A stretch of 64,000 nt of DNA from Candidatus Multivoradales bacterium (GTDB lineage: Bacteria > Acidobacteriota > Thermoanaerobaculia > Multivoradales > J023): the NCBI GenBank assembly GCA_965248925.1, contig CBDFLE010000006.1, positions 3,424,001 to 3,488,000 of the forward strand, read 5' to 3'. A model generated the notes under the pieces. That model saw nothing but the letters and a program-made list of their open reading frames with translations. It made no database searches and was not told the DNA's origin. A program made the position numbers and the translations under genes. Shown here piece by piece: positions 10,117 through 18,743 of the stretch (position 1 is the stretch's first letter; every line of letters starts with the position of its first letter).

Positions 10117-10893
10117 TTAGGTAGTTTCACTTTCGCCATCATCTCTCAGTTGATCGCGAGCGGCGGTGACCAGGAAGACTTCACGATCCTTGTCATAGTC
10201 GAAAATCAAGGCTTGGCTGTTGCGGCGCAACTCGTTTGGCAGCCGGGCGCGCACCTGGAGCAACAGCGAAGCACCGTCATCGTGCAACTCTGCTTGGCCG
10301 AAGTTCTCATCGACCCGCTGGGTAGTGACCCGGCACAGCCGACCCACCAGTTCCCGGCGTCGCCGTGCCGGTGCCGGCACCATCAGCTTGCGCACCGGTT
10401 TGATCGCCACGGCGGTGGCCGTTACCGCCAGGGTGATCGCAGCGGCGGTCACCACCAGGGCCAAGACAGCGCCCTTCAACGCCAGCTGTTTCATCTGTGG
10501 CAACAGCTCCATGCCAGCATAAGTGAACAACCAGGCAAAGAAAATCAAGAGGCTGAAGGTGATTGAAACTGGCACCTCGCCAATCCCTAGCATGCCCATC
10601 AACCCGTGGTGCGAAGAACCGCCGTGAGCGCCATCTGCGCCGTCGGCAACCTCTCCCAGGCCTGCACCGAGACTCTCTCCCAAACCCTCTCCAAGAGCTT
10701 CGGCGGCACCCTCCGCAATCCCCTCGACTGCCCCTTCGGCGGCTCCCTCCAGGCCCTCCAACATGTCGAAGTTGAGACCGGTGAAGAAAGAGAGCAACCA
10801 GTAGAGGCTAATCAAGATCAGCAAAACGCTGAAGATCGCCGTCGGCAATGAGAAGGCGGCGTCGATGAATTCGCTGAGTGATTCGGGCATCAT
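10117..10893 (-). CDS. YqiJ/NfeD-like inner membrane protein with C-terminal OB-fold
   Basis: Three hydrophobic segments, acidic Gly/Ala linker, LGIGEVPVSI motif, C-terminal LVGRLCRVTTQRVDENFGQAEL; upstream of flotillin. Confidence 0.8.
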   Translation of the reverse strand: MMPESLSEFIDAAFSLPTAIFSVLLILISLYWLLSFFTGLNFDMLEGLEGAAEGAVEGIAEGAAEALGEGLGESLGAGLGEVADGADGAHGGSSHHGLMGMLGIGEVPVSITFSLLIFFAWLFTYAGMELLPQMKQLALKGAVLALVVTAAAITLAVTATAVAIKPVRKLMVPAPARRRRELVGRLCRVTTQRVDENFGQAELHDDGASLLLQVRARLPNELRRNSQALIFDYDKDREVFLVTAARDQLRDDGESETT

Positions 10894-11103
10894 GATGTGG
10901 TGGCCGCCGCATGCCGGACCTCGAAGCAGGACTCGACCGAGTGGGACGATGGTCGCCGCGGCCTTGATCGACCGAATCTCAGTTCGCGAACCGGCTTGGT
11001 TTGAAGTACGGGGAACCGAACCGGGCTATTCGCCGGCTGGACGAGGAGCAGCGCGGGGATGGCGATGGCTGCCGCTCCTGCGCTGGTGATCAACCTCTGC
11101 TCC

Positions 11104-13383
11104 TCAGTAGCCCCACTCTGGCCACAGGGCTTCGGTGCCGGTGACCTTGCCCAGGCCCTCACAGTACATCCGCATGGTTTCCACCAGACCGGGCTCGAGC
11201 ACATGCTTGCCCTCGGCAGTGCGGCGGAAAAGGTGTTTCCAGGTCTCCAGCGTGCCCAGCTCGATCTGACGGCCGCGGAGCTGGTCGGTCAGCCGCCCCA
11301 GGCGATAAAGCAGCGCCACCGTACCGCAGGTGGTGAAATACGAACCAGCTTTCAGGGAGTCGATCCACTCTGCGAGATCGGTGGCGCTGGTGAAGCGGTG
11401 TACCGAGTCTGCGAGTTCCGGGGAAGGTTCGGTGGCGCAGCTGACCAAGGCATGGGGCCGCAGGTCGAGGAAGCCGTTGTTGCTGATCACCCAATCGCGG
11501 ATGACGGCGATCTCAAGGTTGAGCGGTTCGGCGACTTGGGCCAAAGTGCGGTGTAGGTCGCCGGAGTTGCTCATCGCGAGGTCTAGTGGCGCCAAGTAGG
11601 GGCCGACCAGGAGTCGATTGGCATCGCTGTCCGGTTGCTGATAGACGATGGGCGTACCTAATGAGGTGATCGTTTGAATGTAGTCGCGGATTGCGTCGGT
11701 GACCTGTTTGAGGAAATGGTCGCGGCCGGGTCGATCACTTTCGGTCGCTGGAGCCTCGAGGCCGAGCAGGCGGCCGGTCGCGGCGGGGCTGTCGATTTCG
11801 CAAAGTTGGCCGAAGAGGTTTGCCAGCCGGCTGGGATCGAGATCTTCGAGATTCTCGAAGCAGGGTAGCGCGGTGTGCTGCCAGAAGAAGCTCTCGAGGT
11901 CCGTCGCTGCCTCGTTCAGCAGTCCATCGTCAAACTCATCGAGGTGCCGGGCGAGGTCCAGCAGCCGCAGCAGCAACATCAGCAGGCCGAGTTCATGCAG
12001 CCGTGCTTGGTGGGTCGACGAGCCCAAAGCCTGGAAAGCCTGCGGGCAGAAGGTCCCCAGATGGGCGCGTTCGAGTTCAGGAGTATTTGCTAGCAAGCGC
12101 AGGGCGAAAGCGGCGTTCTCAGTCTCTTCGTAGTACGAGATCTTGTCTTGGAACCAATCGCGGCGACGCTCGGTGCCAAATACCGCGTGGCGCACCAGCA
12201 CGACAGCGAGTTCTTCCGGGATCGCCACCTTCATGACGTTGTAGAGGGCAACGCAGTTGGCGACCGAGAATAGGCCGTTCTCGCCTGAGCGTACCGCGGC
12301 GTCGACCCGCAGCTCGCGGCCGGCGCCAAAGTTCAAGCGTTGAAGGGCGGTGCCATCGATGGGCACCTGTGCGGTGGGGTAGAGGCGGATCTTGCCGCTC
12401 TCCAAATCGCTCGCAGGCAGCACTGGCTGGTCGCTATTGGCGATCGACGATAGGCCCCGATGCACCGCCCGGCCCAGCGCTAGTTGGCAGTTGAAGTCCA
12501 CTGTATCGATGCCGATCGCCGCGGCGGTCACCAGAGCGTCGAAACCGTTGTCCAGATACAACTGGGTGAGGTCGTCGGCGAAGAACTTCTTGTCGACCAG
12601 CTTCTTGCCCAGGGCGCTGTGGGCAAAGCCCAGACGAATCTCAGGGACGACACCATCGACCCGGTACATGCCACCGACCGCGGTAGTGTGGGCGATCACC
12701 ACATAGCGGGCATGCTGCTGCTGGATCTCGGCCAGGCCGCTGACAAAACGATGCAGGTATTGCGTCTTGATGCGCTGCGGGACTCGGTGGTCGACAACGT
12801 TCTCAGTGGCGATCAGCCGATCGATCACCCCCAGGGTGTAGGTGGCCACGGAGGGCAGCGGAATTGCCACCACCACAGCGTGCAGCAGGTGGTCGTCGAG
12901 GCCGCGGACGAACTCCAGGAAGGGTTGGGGCTGGGCCAGGAAGTAGCTGACCATGGACCTCTCTAAGTCGAAACGGTCTCCTTGCTCAAGTCGCGCCGCC
13001 TGTAGGTTCTGAACCAAGTTCTCCGGCAATGCCAAATGCAGCAGCGAGAAATGCAGGTCGATACAGCTGTCGACTCGGTAGTGCTGTCGGGGCTCGATTT
13101 CTTCGACCGTGGTCAGCCTTCCCATGGCTAGACGCAGCCGTTGCGCGAACAGATCGATCTCCTCGGTGGTTGAGCCGGTGGCATGGACCTCGACCCGCAG
13201 TTGCTGCGGCCTGAAGCGCTTCGAGCGCAGGCTCAACCGGCAGAGTTCGAGGATGGTCGCCCCACCCACCGCGCCGGTACCACCGAAGATCACCAGGCGG
13301 ATCGGCTCGTCTTCGCCACCGGGTAAGAGGCGATGTGCAAGCAGGTGTTCCAGGGATTCGAACTCGTGATACAGCGTCCGCAT
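11104..13383 (-). CDS. Uncharacterised 759-aa cytoplasmic protein with N-terminal Rossmann-like motif
   Basis: Long ORF with host-like codon usage; LVIFGGTGAVGG dinucleotide-binding motif; remainder unrecognised. Confidence 0.7.
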   Translation of the reverse strand: MRTLYHEFESLEHLLAHRLLPGGEDEPIRLVIFGGTGAVGGATILELCRLSLRSKRFRPQQLRVEVHATGSTTEEIDLFAQRLRLAMGRLTTVEEIEPRQHYRVDSCIDLHFSLLHLALPENLVQNLQAARLEQGDRFDLERSMVSYFLAQPQPFLEFVRGLDDHLLHAVVVAIPLPSVATYTLGVIDRLIATENVVDHRVPQRIKTQYLHRFVSGLAEIQQQHARYVVIAHTTAVGGMYRVDGVVPEIRLGFAHSALGKKLVDKKFFADDLTQLYLDNGFDALVTAAAIGIDTVDFNCQLALGRAVHRGLSSIANSDQPVLPASDLESGKIRLYPTAQVPIDGTALQRLNFGAGRELRVDAAVRSGENGLFSVANCVALYNVMKVAIPEELAVVLVRHAVFGTERRRDWFQDKISYYEETENAAFALRLLANTPELERAHLGTFCPQAFQALGSSTHQARLHELGLLMLLLRLLDLARHLDEFDDGLLNEAATDLESFFWQHTALPCFENLEDLDPSRLANLFGQLCEIDSPAATGRLLGLEAPATESDRPGRDHFLKQVTDAIRDYIQTITSLGTPIVYQQPDSDANRLLVGPYLAPLDLAMSNSGDLHRTLAQVAEPLNLEIAVIRDWVISNNGFLDLRPHALVSCATEPSPELADSVHRFTSATDLAEWIDSLKAGSYFTTCGTVALLYRLGRLTDQLRGRQIELGTLETWKHLFRRTAEGKHVLEPGLVETMRMYCEGLGKVTGTEALWPEWGY

Positions 13384-13451
13384 TATGTGTTCCCATTCTA
13401 GTATCGAGTTTGATGCCGATCATAGCCGCAGAGGGGGATCTTGAGAAGGGT

Positions 13452-15968
13452 TCAGGGTAGCGAAGACGGACCTTGCCTCGGTGATGGGTACCGTGACGAG
13501 CGGTGCGCTGAGCGCTCTTCTACAGAACCTCGCGCCAGGTGTTCCATCAAATAGCGATGAGCAAAGATGTAACCACCGCCCACCCGGCGTAGTAAGCCGC
13601 TGCGGCATTGGTCTTCGAGGAAGTTCACCAGCCTGGCCGGTACTTTGCCGCGCAGCCGCAGCAGGGCGCGCAAGGAGAGGTGTTTCAGCAGGTCGAAGCC
13701 ACCGAACCAAAGACTTCCCAAGCCGCCCGCGATCGCGGGTAGGGTGACTTTCATCTCGCCGAGGCGGACCGCCAGGCGCAGGGGTTGGCCATGCCAGCTC
13801 TGTAGCCCGCGCGCTAGCAGGCCGGCGGAGAGAACCGCCCCAGCCAACAGCAGGCCGCCGACTAGGGCATTGCGGGCTGACAGCCAAATGCCTTGGTTGG
13901 GTCGAACAGAGCGCTCGACCCGGCGGCCCAGAAGGCCGAGCCAGACGGCGCCGAAACAACCTAGCACCAGCATCGCGTGCAGGAATTCCCAGGCCCAGGA
14001 GCCTGGTGCGGCGGCGCTGTCAGGGTGGAGGAGATTCAGCCAGGCGATCACCAAGAGGCGCAGAATCGCTCCCACCAGGGCGCCGAGCAGCGCCCCGCGC
14101 AGCGCCTCACGCCACGACCAGACCAATGCCTCGACGGTGGCGATGTCGCGCTCGGGTCCGCGGTGCCAGCCGTTCAGGCCGAAGATCAGCAGGAAGCACA
14201 GGCCGGGTCCCAAGATCGCTGAGAGCGGAATGGTGCCGTCCAAAGTATTCGACACTTGGCTAGAGATCGCCACCACCAGCAAGACAGAGGCGAGGAGATA
14301 GATCGCGGCCGCCCAGCGTCGCCCCGTCAACTGGAGCCGCCACCAGAGGCTGTCGAGGACGGCGATTGCCAAGCCTCCCAGGACGCCGGTGATCAGCGGC
14401 GCTAGCGGAAGCCTGTCGGGGAACCTCTGCCAGTAGACCACTAGCCAACAAGTTGCCATCATCAAGCTGGCGGCGAGCCGCGAGATCGCCAGGTAGACCA
14501 GCCGTTCCCCGGTACTGTCTAACCAGCTGGGTTGCAAACACTCCAAGTGCAGGATCGACTGGTTGTGATCGAGCATGCTGCGCGCCAACCAGCCGAGCCC
14601 GGCGGGCTGGCGGGTGACGCTCTCGCCCCTGCTGTCGCGGTGTTCAATCAGCCTGTCGATGAAGAGACCGACTAGGGTACGGCGTTCGTCTTCGAGGTCA
14701 AGAGGGGAAGATTGGTTGGATCTTTCGACGTAGGCACGGCTGATCCAGCGCAACATCAGCGGCGAGTCGAGCAGCTCTAGGCGGGGTGAGTCGGGCCGGG
14801 TCAATTCGCTGAGGTCGGCACCGGGGTGGTGGGCGCGCAGAAAATCGATGGCCTGTCGGCTGTCGATGGGTTCTAGCCCCACCGCCGCGCCGAGCCGCAA
14901 GGGTCGGTCCGCGCCGTCTTTGCAGGTTGTCGCCAGCCGGTACTCGGCGCTGCGGCAGGTCAAGGCGACCGCCGCGAAGCCCTGTTGGTTACGAAAGCGG
15001 TTGATCGCTTCGACCGACCGCCGTCGGCTGTCGGCGGCCACCTCATCGAGACCGTCCAGTAAGAGCATCAGGTGATTGGCGAGCAGCCAGCGGCGGCCGA
15101 CCGCGGCTGGCACCTGGTAGCGCATGCCGAGCTCTTCGACCACCCAGTCGAGCAGCTCACCGCGGCGCCAGGAAGCCAAGCGCAGGACCACCGGGATGGG
15201 TTCTGCGAGATCCCCCCGCGCTTGGGCGATGGCGTGCCGAGCAAGCATTAGCAGGGCGGTGGTTTTTCCGCTGCCGGGTTCGCCGAGGATCAGCAGGGCG
15301 CGGCCTGAGTCTTCGAACAGCTGCGGCAACTCGCTAATTTCTGAACTTTCGCCGACCTCCTGCTCACTCAGTTTCAGCCGCCAGGGCTGAAAGACGGCTC
15401 GCGCCAGCCGCCGCATGCGCAAGTCGAGGCTGGGAGTGACCAGCGTTTCCTTGAGCAGGCTAACGATCCAGAAGCGCTCGACCTTGTCGAGCAGGATGAG
15501 TTGTTGCTGGCGCTCACGCCGATGTTCGCGGCGGCGTTCGCCACCGTGGCGGCGTTCCTCAGCGAGGTCGTTGGAGAGCACGTTGTCGGCTTGGGAGTCG
15601 CTGACCCGCTGGGGAGAAGTGTCGGTGTTGCTTGCTGGTGCTGGCTGGACCCGTGCCACCAGCCGGTAGCCGCGTTTGGGTACGGTCTGGATGTATTTCG
15701 GCTGACGAGCGTCGTCGCCGAAGGCCCTGCGCAACTCCCAGATGCAGTGAGTCAGCACCGCCTCGCCGACAAACGAATCGCCCCACACCGCGCTTAGCAG
15801 TTCCTCCCGTGAGCGGACTCGGCCCTCTTCTTCAATCAACTCCAGCAGCAGGGCAGCAGACTTTGGATGCAGGCGTTGTTGGCGATCACCTAGCGTGCCG
15901 TAGTCGGTCGACAGCTCTCCAGCGGCGGGGTCAAAGCGCCAGGTTCCGACAAGAATTTCGCTCGACAA
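13452..15968 (-). CDS. OmpR/CadC-type winged-helix + NACHT NTPase + multi-TM protein
   Basis: Trans_reg_C (SREELLSAVW...LRRAFGDDARQPKYIQTVPKRGYRL), Walker A LLILGEPGSGKT, Walker B LLLDGLDE, about 8-9 hydrophobic helices, C-terminal LRRVGGGYIFAH. Confidence 0.88.
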   Translation of the reverse strand: MSSEILVGTWRFDPAAGELSTDYGTLGDRQQRLHPKSAALLLELIEEEGRVRSREELLSAVWGDSFVGEAVLTHCIWELRRAFGDDARQPKYIQTVPKRGYRLVARVQPAPASNTDTSPQRVSDSQADNVLSNDLAEERRHGGERRREHRRERQQQLILLDKVERFWIVSLLKETLVTPSLDLRMRRLARAVFQPWRLKLSEQEVGESSEISELPQLFEDSGRALLILGEPGSGKTTALLMLARHAIAQARGDLAEPIPVVLRLASWRRGELLDWVVEELGMRYQVPAAVGRRWLLANHLMLLLDGLDEVAADSRRRSVEAINRFRNQQGFAAVALTCRSAEYRLATTCKDGADRPLRLGAAVGLEPIDSRQAIDFLRAHHPGADLSELTRPDSPRLELLDSPLMLRWISRAYVERSNQSSPLDLEDERRTLVGLFIDRLIEHRDSRGESVTRQPAGLGWLARSMLDHNQSILHLECLQPSWLDSTGERLVYLAISRLAASLMMATCWLVVYWQRFPDRLPLAPLITGVLGGLAIAVLDSLWWRLQLTGRRWAAAIYLLASVLLVVAISSQVSNTLDGTIPLSAILGPGLCFLLIFGLNGWHRGPERDIATVEALVWSWREALRGALLGALVGAILRLLVIAWLNLLHPDSAAAPGSWAWEFLHAMLVLGCFGAVWLGLLGRRVERSVRPNQGIWLSARNALVGGLLLAGAVLSAGLLARGLQSWHGQPLRLAVRLGEMKVTLPAIAGGLGSLWFGGFDLLKHLSLRALLRLRGKVPARLVNFLEDQCRSGLLRRVGGGYIFAHRYLMEHLARGSVEERSAHRSSRYPSPRQGPSSLP

Positions 15969-16063
15969 GATCCACTACCACTCGGTCGCTCATCTGCTTA
16001 GGAAGATAAATAAGCTACCACGGGTCATAGCGAGCAAGGGGTTTGGGGGCTGCTCTTGGTGGT

Positions 16064-16101
16064 CCAGATATTCCTCAGATGTTGTTCAGAGGACTTTCTG
16101 G
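16064..16101 (+). promoter_or_regulatory. 11-bp-period direct repeats, candidate winged-helix activator site
   Basis: CCAGA(16064), TCAGA(16075), TCAGA(16086), TCTGG(16097) between the divergent wHTH-NACHT gene and the small gene. Confidence 0.55.
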
Positions 16102-16202
16102 TCGCCTTGGTTTCCAATTTGAGGCATCCGGTCGCCCGGCCCGTGGCTTGGCGATCACCCACCCAACGAGGACCCGCTCGCAGGGTCGAATTCAGGAGGT
16201 AC

Positions 16203-16493
16203 ATGATGTCCGGAACGATGATCAACGGCTTTGTCAACAACCAAGGTGTCGCTGCAACCGGCGACAAATACACATCCGCTCTACTGTCGCCCACCAATCC
16301 CTACATGGTGGCCGTGACCTTTAAGAACTCGTTCAGCGCCAGCAAGCCGCCGATTGGCGTGGCGACGCCGAATGGCAACAGCAACGGTCAGACCTGTTCG
16401 ATTCAGGTGGCCAACACCAGCCTGACTTTCCAGGCCGAAGAACCGACGCCCTTCTCTTTCATCGTCACCGACAAGGGACTGGGCTACTACTGA
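16203..16493 (+). CDS. Small 96-aa beta-rich protein, possibly H-type lectin/fibre-tip-like
   Basis: RBS AGGAGG at 16194 then ATG at 16203; pattern INGFV..G..Y.V.VTF..SF...P..VATP..FSFIV; downstream hairpin. Confidence 0.7.
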   Translation: MMSGTMINGFVNNQGVAATGDKYTSALLSPTNPYMVAVTFKNSFSASKPPIGVATPNGNSNGQTCSIQVANTSLTFQAEEPTPFSFIVTDKGLGYY

Positions 16494-16506
16494 TCCGGGA
16501 GGCGGT

Positions 16507-16542
16507 GGGGCGACCGGGACCCGAGAAGTTCCCGGTCACCCC
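16507..16542 (+). terminator. Stem-loop downstream of the small gene
   Basis: GGGGCGACCGGGA / TCCCGGTCACCCC 13-bp arms with one mismatch; no strong U tract. Confidence 0.55.
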
Positions 16543-16637
16543 TGCCTTGCTTGCCGGCCAAACCCGCGCGGTCGTAATTTCGTAGCCAGGGAGATGAAGA
16601 GCCGCTCATCGACCCGCCGCAATCCTGGAGCCTGAAG

Positions 16638-18056
16638 ATGCCGATCGCCGCCTGGTTGTTGTTTGCCTCCCTGCAGTTCACCGTTACTGATCCAGTGGCC
16701 GAGCCTCCCGCCGAGGGGCGCACGTTCGTCGTGGGCGAGTTGGTCGAAGGGGTCGAATGTCGCAGCGATCCGAGCCAGACTTACACCCTCTATCTACCCT
16801 CGGCCTACACCCATGAGCAGCGCTGGCCGGCGCTTTTGATTCTCGACCCTCGCGGCCGTTCGAAGATTGCCGCCGAGCTTTTCCGCCAGGCCGCCGAAGA
16901 CTACGGCTGGATCTTGATGAGTTCCAACGACACTCGCAGCGACGGGCCGATGGAGCCCAACGTCAAAGCGCTGGCGGCCCTGTGGCCAGAAGTCCACCGA
17001 CGCTTCGCCACCGACCCCCAACGGATCTACTCCAGCGGTTTTTCCGGCGGGGCGATGTTGAGTTGGGATCTGGCGCGGCAGGTGGGTGGTATTGCTGGGG
17101 TGATCGCCGCCGGGGGCCGTTTTCAGGGCAGTGAATTCCAGACCGAGTTGGATTTCCCCAGTTGGGGTGCGGTCGGCACCACCGACTTCAACTACTCCGA
17201 GATGCGGCGGGTACATCAGCTCTTCGACCATTGGGGCGCTCCCGAGCGACTCGAAGTATTCAAGGGAAGACATAGTTGGATGCCGCCCGAGTTAGCCCGG
17301 CAAGCGATCGAATGGATGGAGCTGCAAGCGATGAAGCAAGACCTACGGCCCCGCGACCCGGCCCTGGTCGAGCGCCTCTACGCCGCCGACTTGGATGCTG
17401 CCGAGGCCCTGCTGGCCGCCGGCGAGGAGCTAGCCGCGGCCCGCCGCTTCGCAGCCGTCGCCGCCACTTTCGAGGGCCTACGACCTGTCGAGCAAGTCAC
17501 CACTCGTGCGACTGAACTCGATCGCCGGCCAGCGGTCAAGAAAGCGCGCCGTGATGAGAAGCGTTGGGATGCCTACGAACTCAAGCACCGCGACCGCCTC
17601 ACCCTGGCCATCGGCCACCTGCGCCAGGCCGAGGAGCCGGTGCTCGCCGCTCGCTTTGCCGCCGAGTTGGGCATCCCCGAGTTGCGCCAGAAGATTGCCC
17701 GCGGCGGCTACCAGGCGGTGATGGCGCAGCGGGTGCTGGAGACTATCTTCACCAACACCTCCTTCTACCTGATGCGCGACTTCTTCCAGGCTGGCGACTA
17801 CCGCGCCGGGGCGACCGTGCTAGAGGTCGCCGTTGGCATCCACCCTGAGCGCCGGGACCTCTGGTACAACCTGGCCTGCGCCCGTGCCCGGAGCGGTCGC
17901 CCCGAGCCGGCCATCGACGCTCTTGAGCAGGCCATCGAGCGGGGGTTTGTTCATCAGAGCCATATTGAGCGGGATGCGGATCTCAAGTCACTGCGGGGGC
18001 GGGCGCGGTATCGGCAGCTGATCGATGGGTTGGAGTCAGCGGGAGGCGGTGATTAG
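16638..18056 (+). CDS. Exported alpha/beta-hydrolase with C-terminal TPR
   Basis: YTLYLPSAY, GFSGG nucleophile motif, GRHSW; TPR LWYNLACARARSGRPEPAIDALEQAIERGF. Confidence 0.78.
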   Translation: MPIAAWLLFASLQFTVTDPVAEPPAEGRTFVVGELVEGVECRSDPSQTYTLYLPSAYTHEQRWPALLILDPRGRSKIAAELFRQAAEDYGWILMSSNDTRSDGPMEPNVKALAALWPEVHRRFATDPQRIYSSGFSGGAMLSWDLARQVGGIAGVIAAGGRFQGSEFQTELDFPSWGAVGTTDFNYSEMRRVHQLFDHWGAPERLEVFKGRHSWMPPELARQAIEWMELQAMKQDLRPRDPALVERLYAADLDAAEALLAAGEELAAARRFAAVAATFEGLRPVEQVTTRATELDRRPAVKKARRDEKRWDAYELKHRDRLTLAIGHLRQAEEPVLAARFAAELGIPELRQKIARGGYQAVMAQRVLETIFTNTSFYLMRDFFQAGDYRAGATVLEVAVGIHPERRDLWYNLACARARSGRPEPAIDALEQAIERGFVHQSHIERDADLKSLRGRARYRQLIDGLESAGGGD

Positions 18057-18685
18057 ATCAGACGCCACTCTTTCAATATTGATATAACCGTTGGCAAGGG
18101 CTTCAGCCAAAGCCACTCCACCCGCAGCCAGAATCCCTCGAGCACGGTGCTGTGAAAGACCCCGTCGGCGTCGACGGGTTGTAGCACAAAGATCGCGGCA
18201 TCGTCTCGGCGATAAAATTCGGCTTGCTGGCGCAGGGGGTCAAGGAGCCAGTACTCCTGCACTCCACCTTGCTCGTATTCGTAAAACTTGTCGCCCCGGT
18301 CGCGGGCTCGGCTGTCGCGGCTGACGATCTCAACGGCGATGTCGGCCGGGCCGGCCAGGTGAGAGTTGCGTAAGCGGTCGGCGTGCTTCTGGCTGAGGAA
18401 GAGCACGTCTGGCTCTCTACCGGGGAGATCCGGCGCCGTCTTCATCTGAAACGGGGCAGGTCGTACTTGCCCAAGTTGCCGGTCTTGGGCGAAGACTCGC
18501 AGCAGGGCGGTCAAAAAGGCGACCAAATCTTGATGTGCATCAGAAGCGGGCGACAAAACTATGACCTCCCCATCAATCCACTCAGCGTGGACATACTCAT
18601 CCGCCTGAGCGAGGAATTCCTCATAAGTGACTCTGCACTCGGAAACAGGGTCTTGCAGATTTTTCAGAGCTTGTGCCACAGTCAA
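18053..18685 (-). CDS. Uma2 family (PD-(D/E)XK) endonuclease
   Basis: EWIDGEV, REPDVLF, PADIAVEIVS, DRGDKFYEYEQGGVQEYWLLDP. Confidence 0.92.
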   Translation of the reverse strand: MTVAQALKNLQDPVSECRVTYEEFLAQADEYVHAEWIDGEVIVLSPASDAHQDLVAFLTALLRVFAQDRQLGQVRPAPFQMKTAPDLPGREPDVLFLSQKHADRLRNSHLAGPADIAVEIVSRDSRARDRGDKFYEYEQGGVQEYWLLDPLRQQAEFYRRDDAAIFVLQPVDADGVFHSTVLEGFWLRVEWLWLKPLPTVISILKEWRLI

Positions 18686-18743
18686 ATTCCACTACGGTCG
18701 AGGCTCTATCCTAGCCGATCGTGGCCGCAGGCCCGCCTTTTCC

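Noticed and set aside
10630-10765. Low-complexity EGA/EGL repeats in the YqiJ-like gene
   Set aside because: Typical acidic flexible linker for this family.
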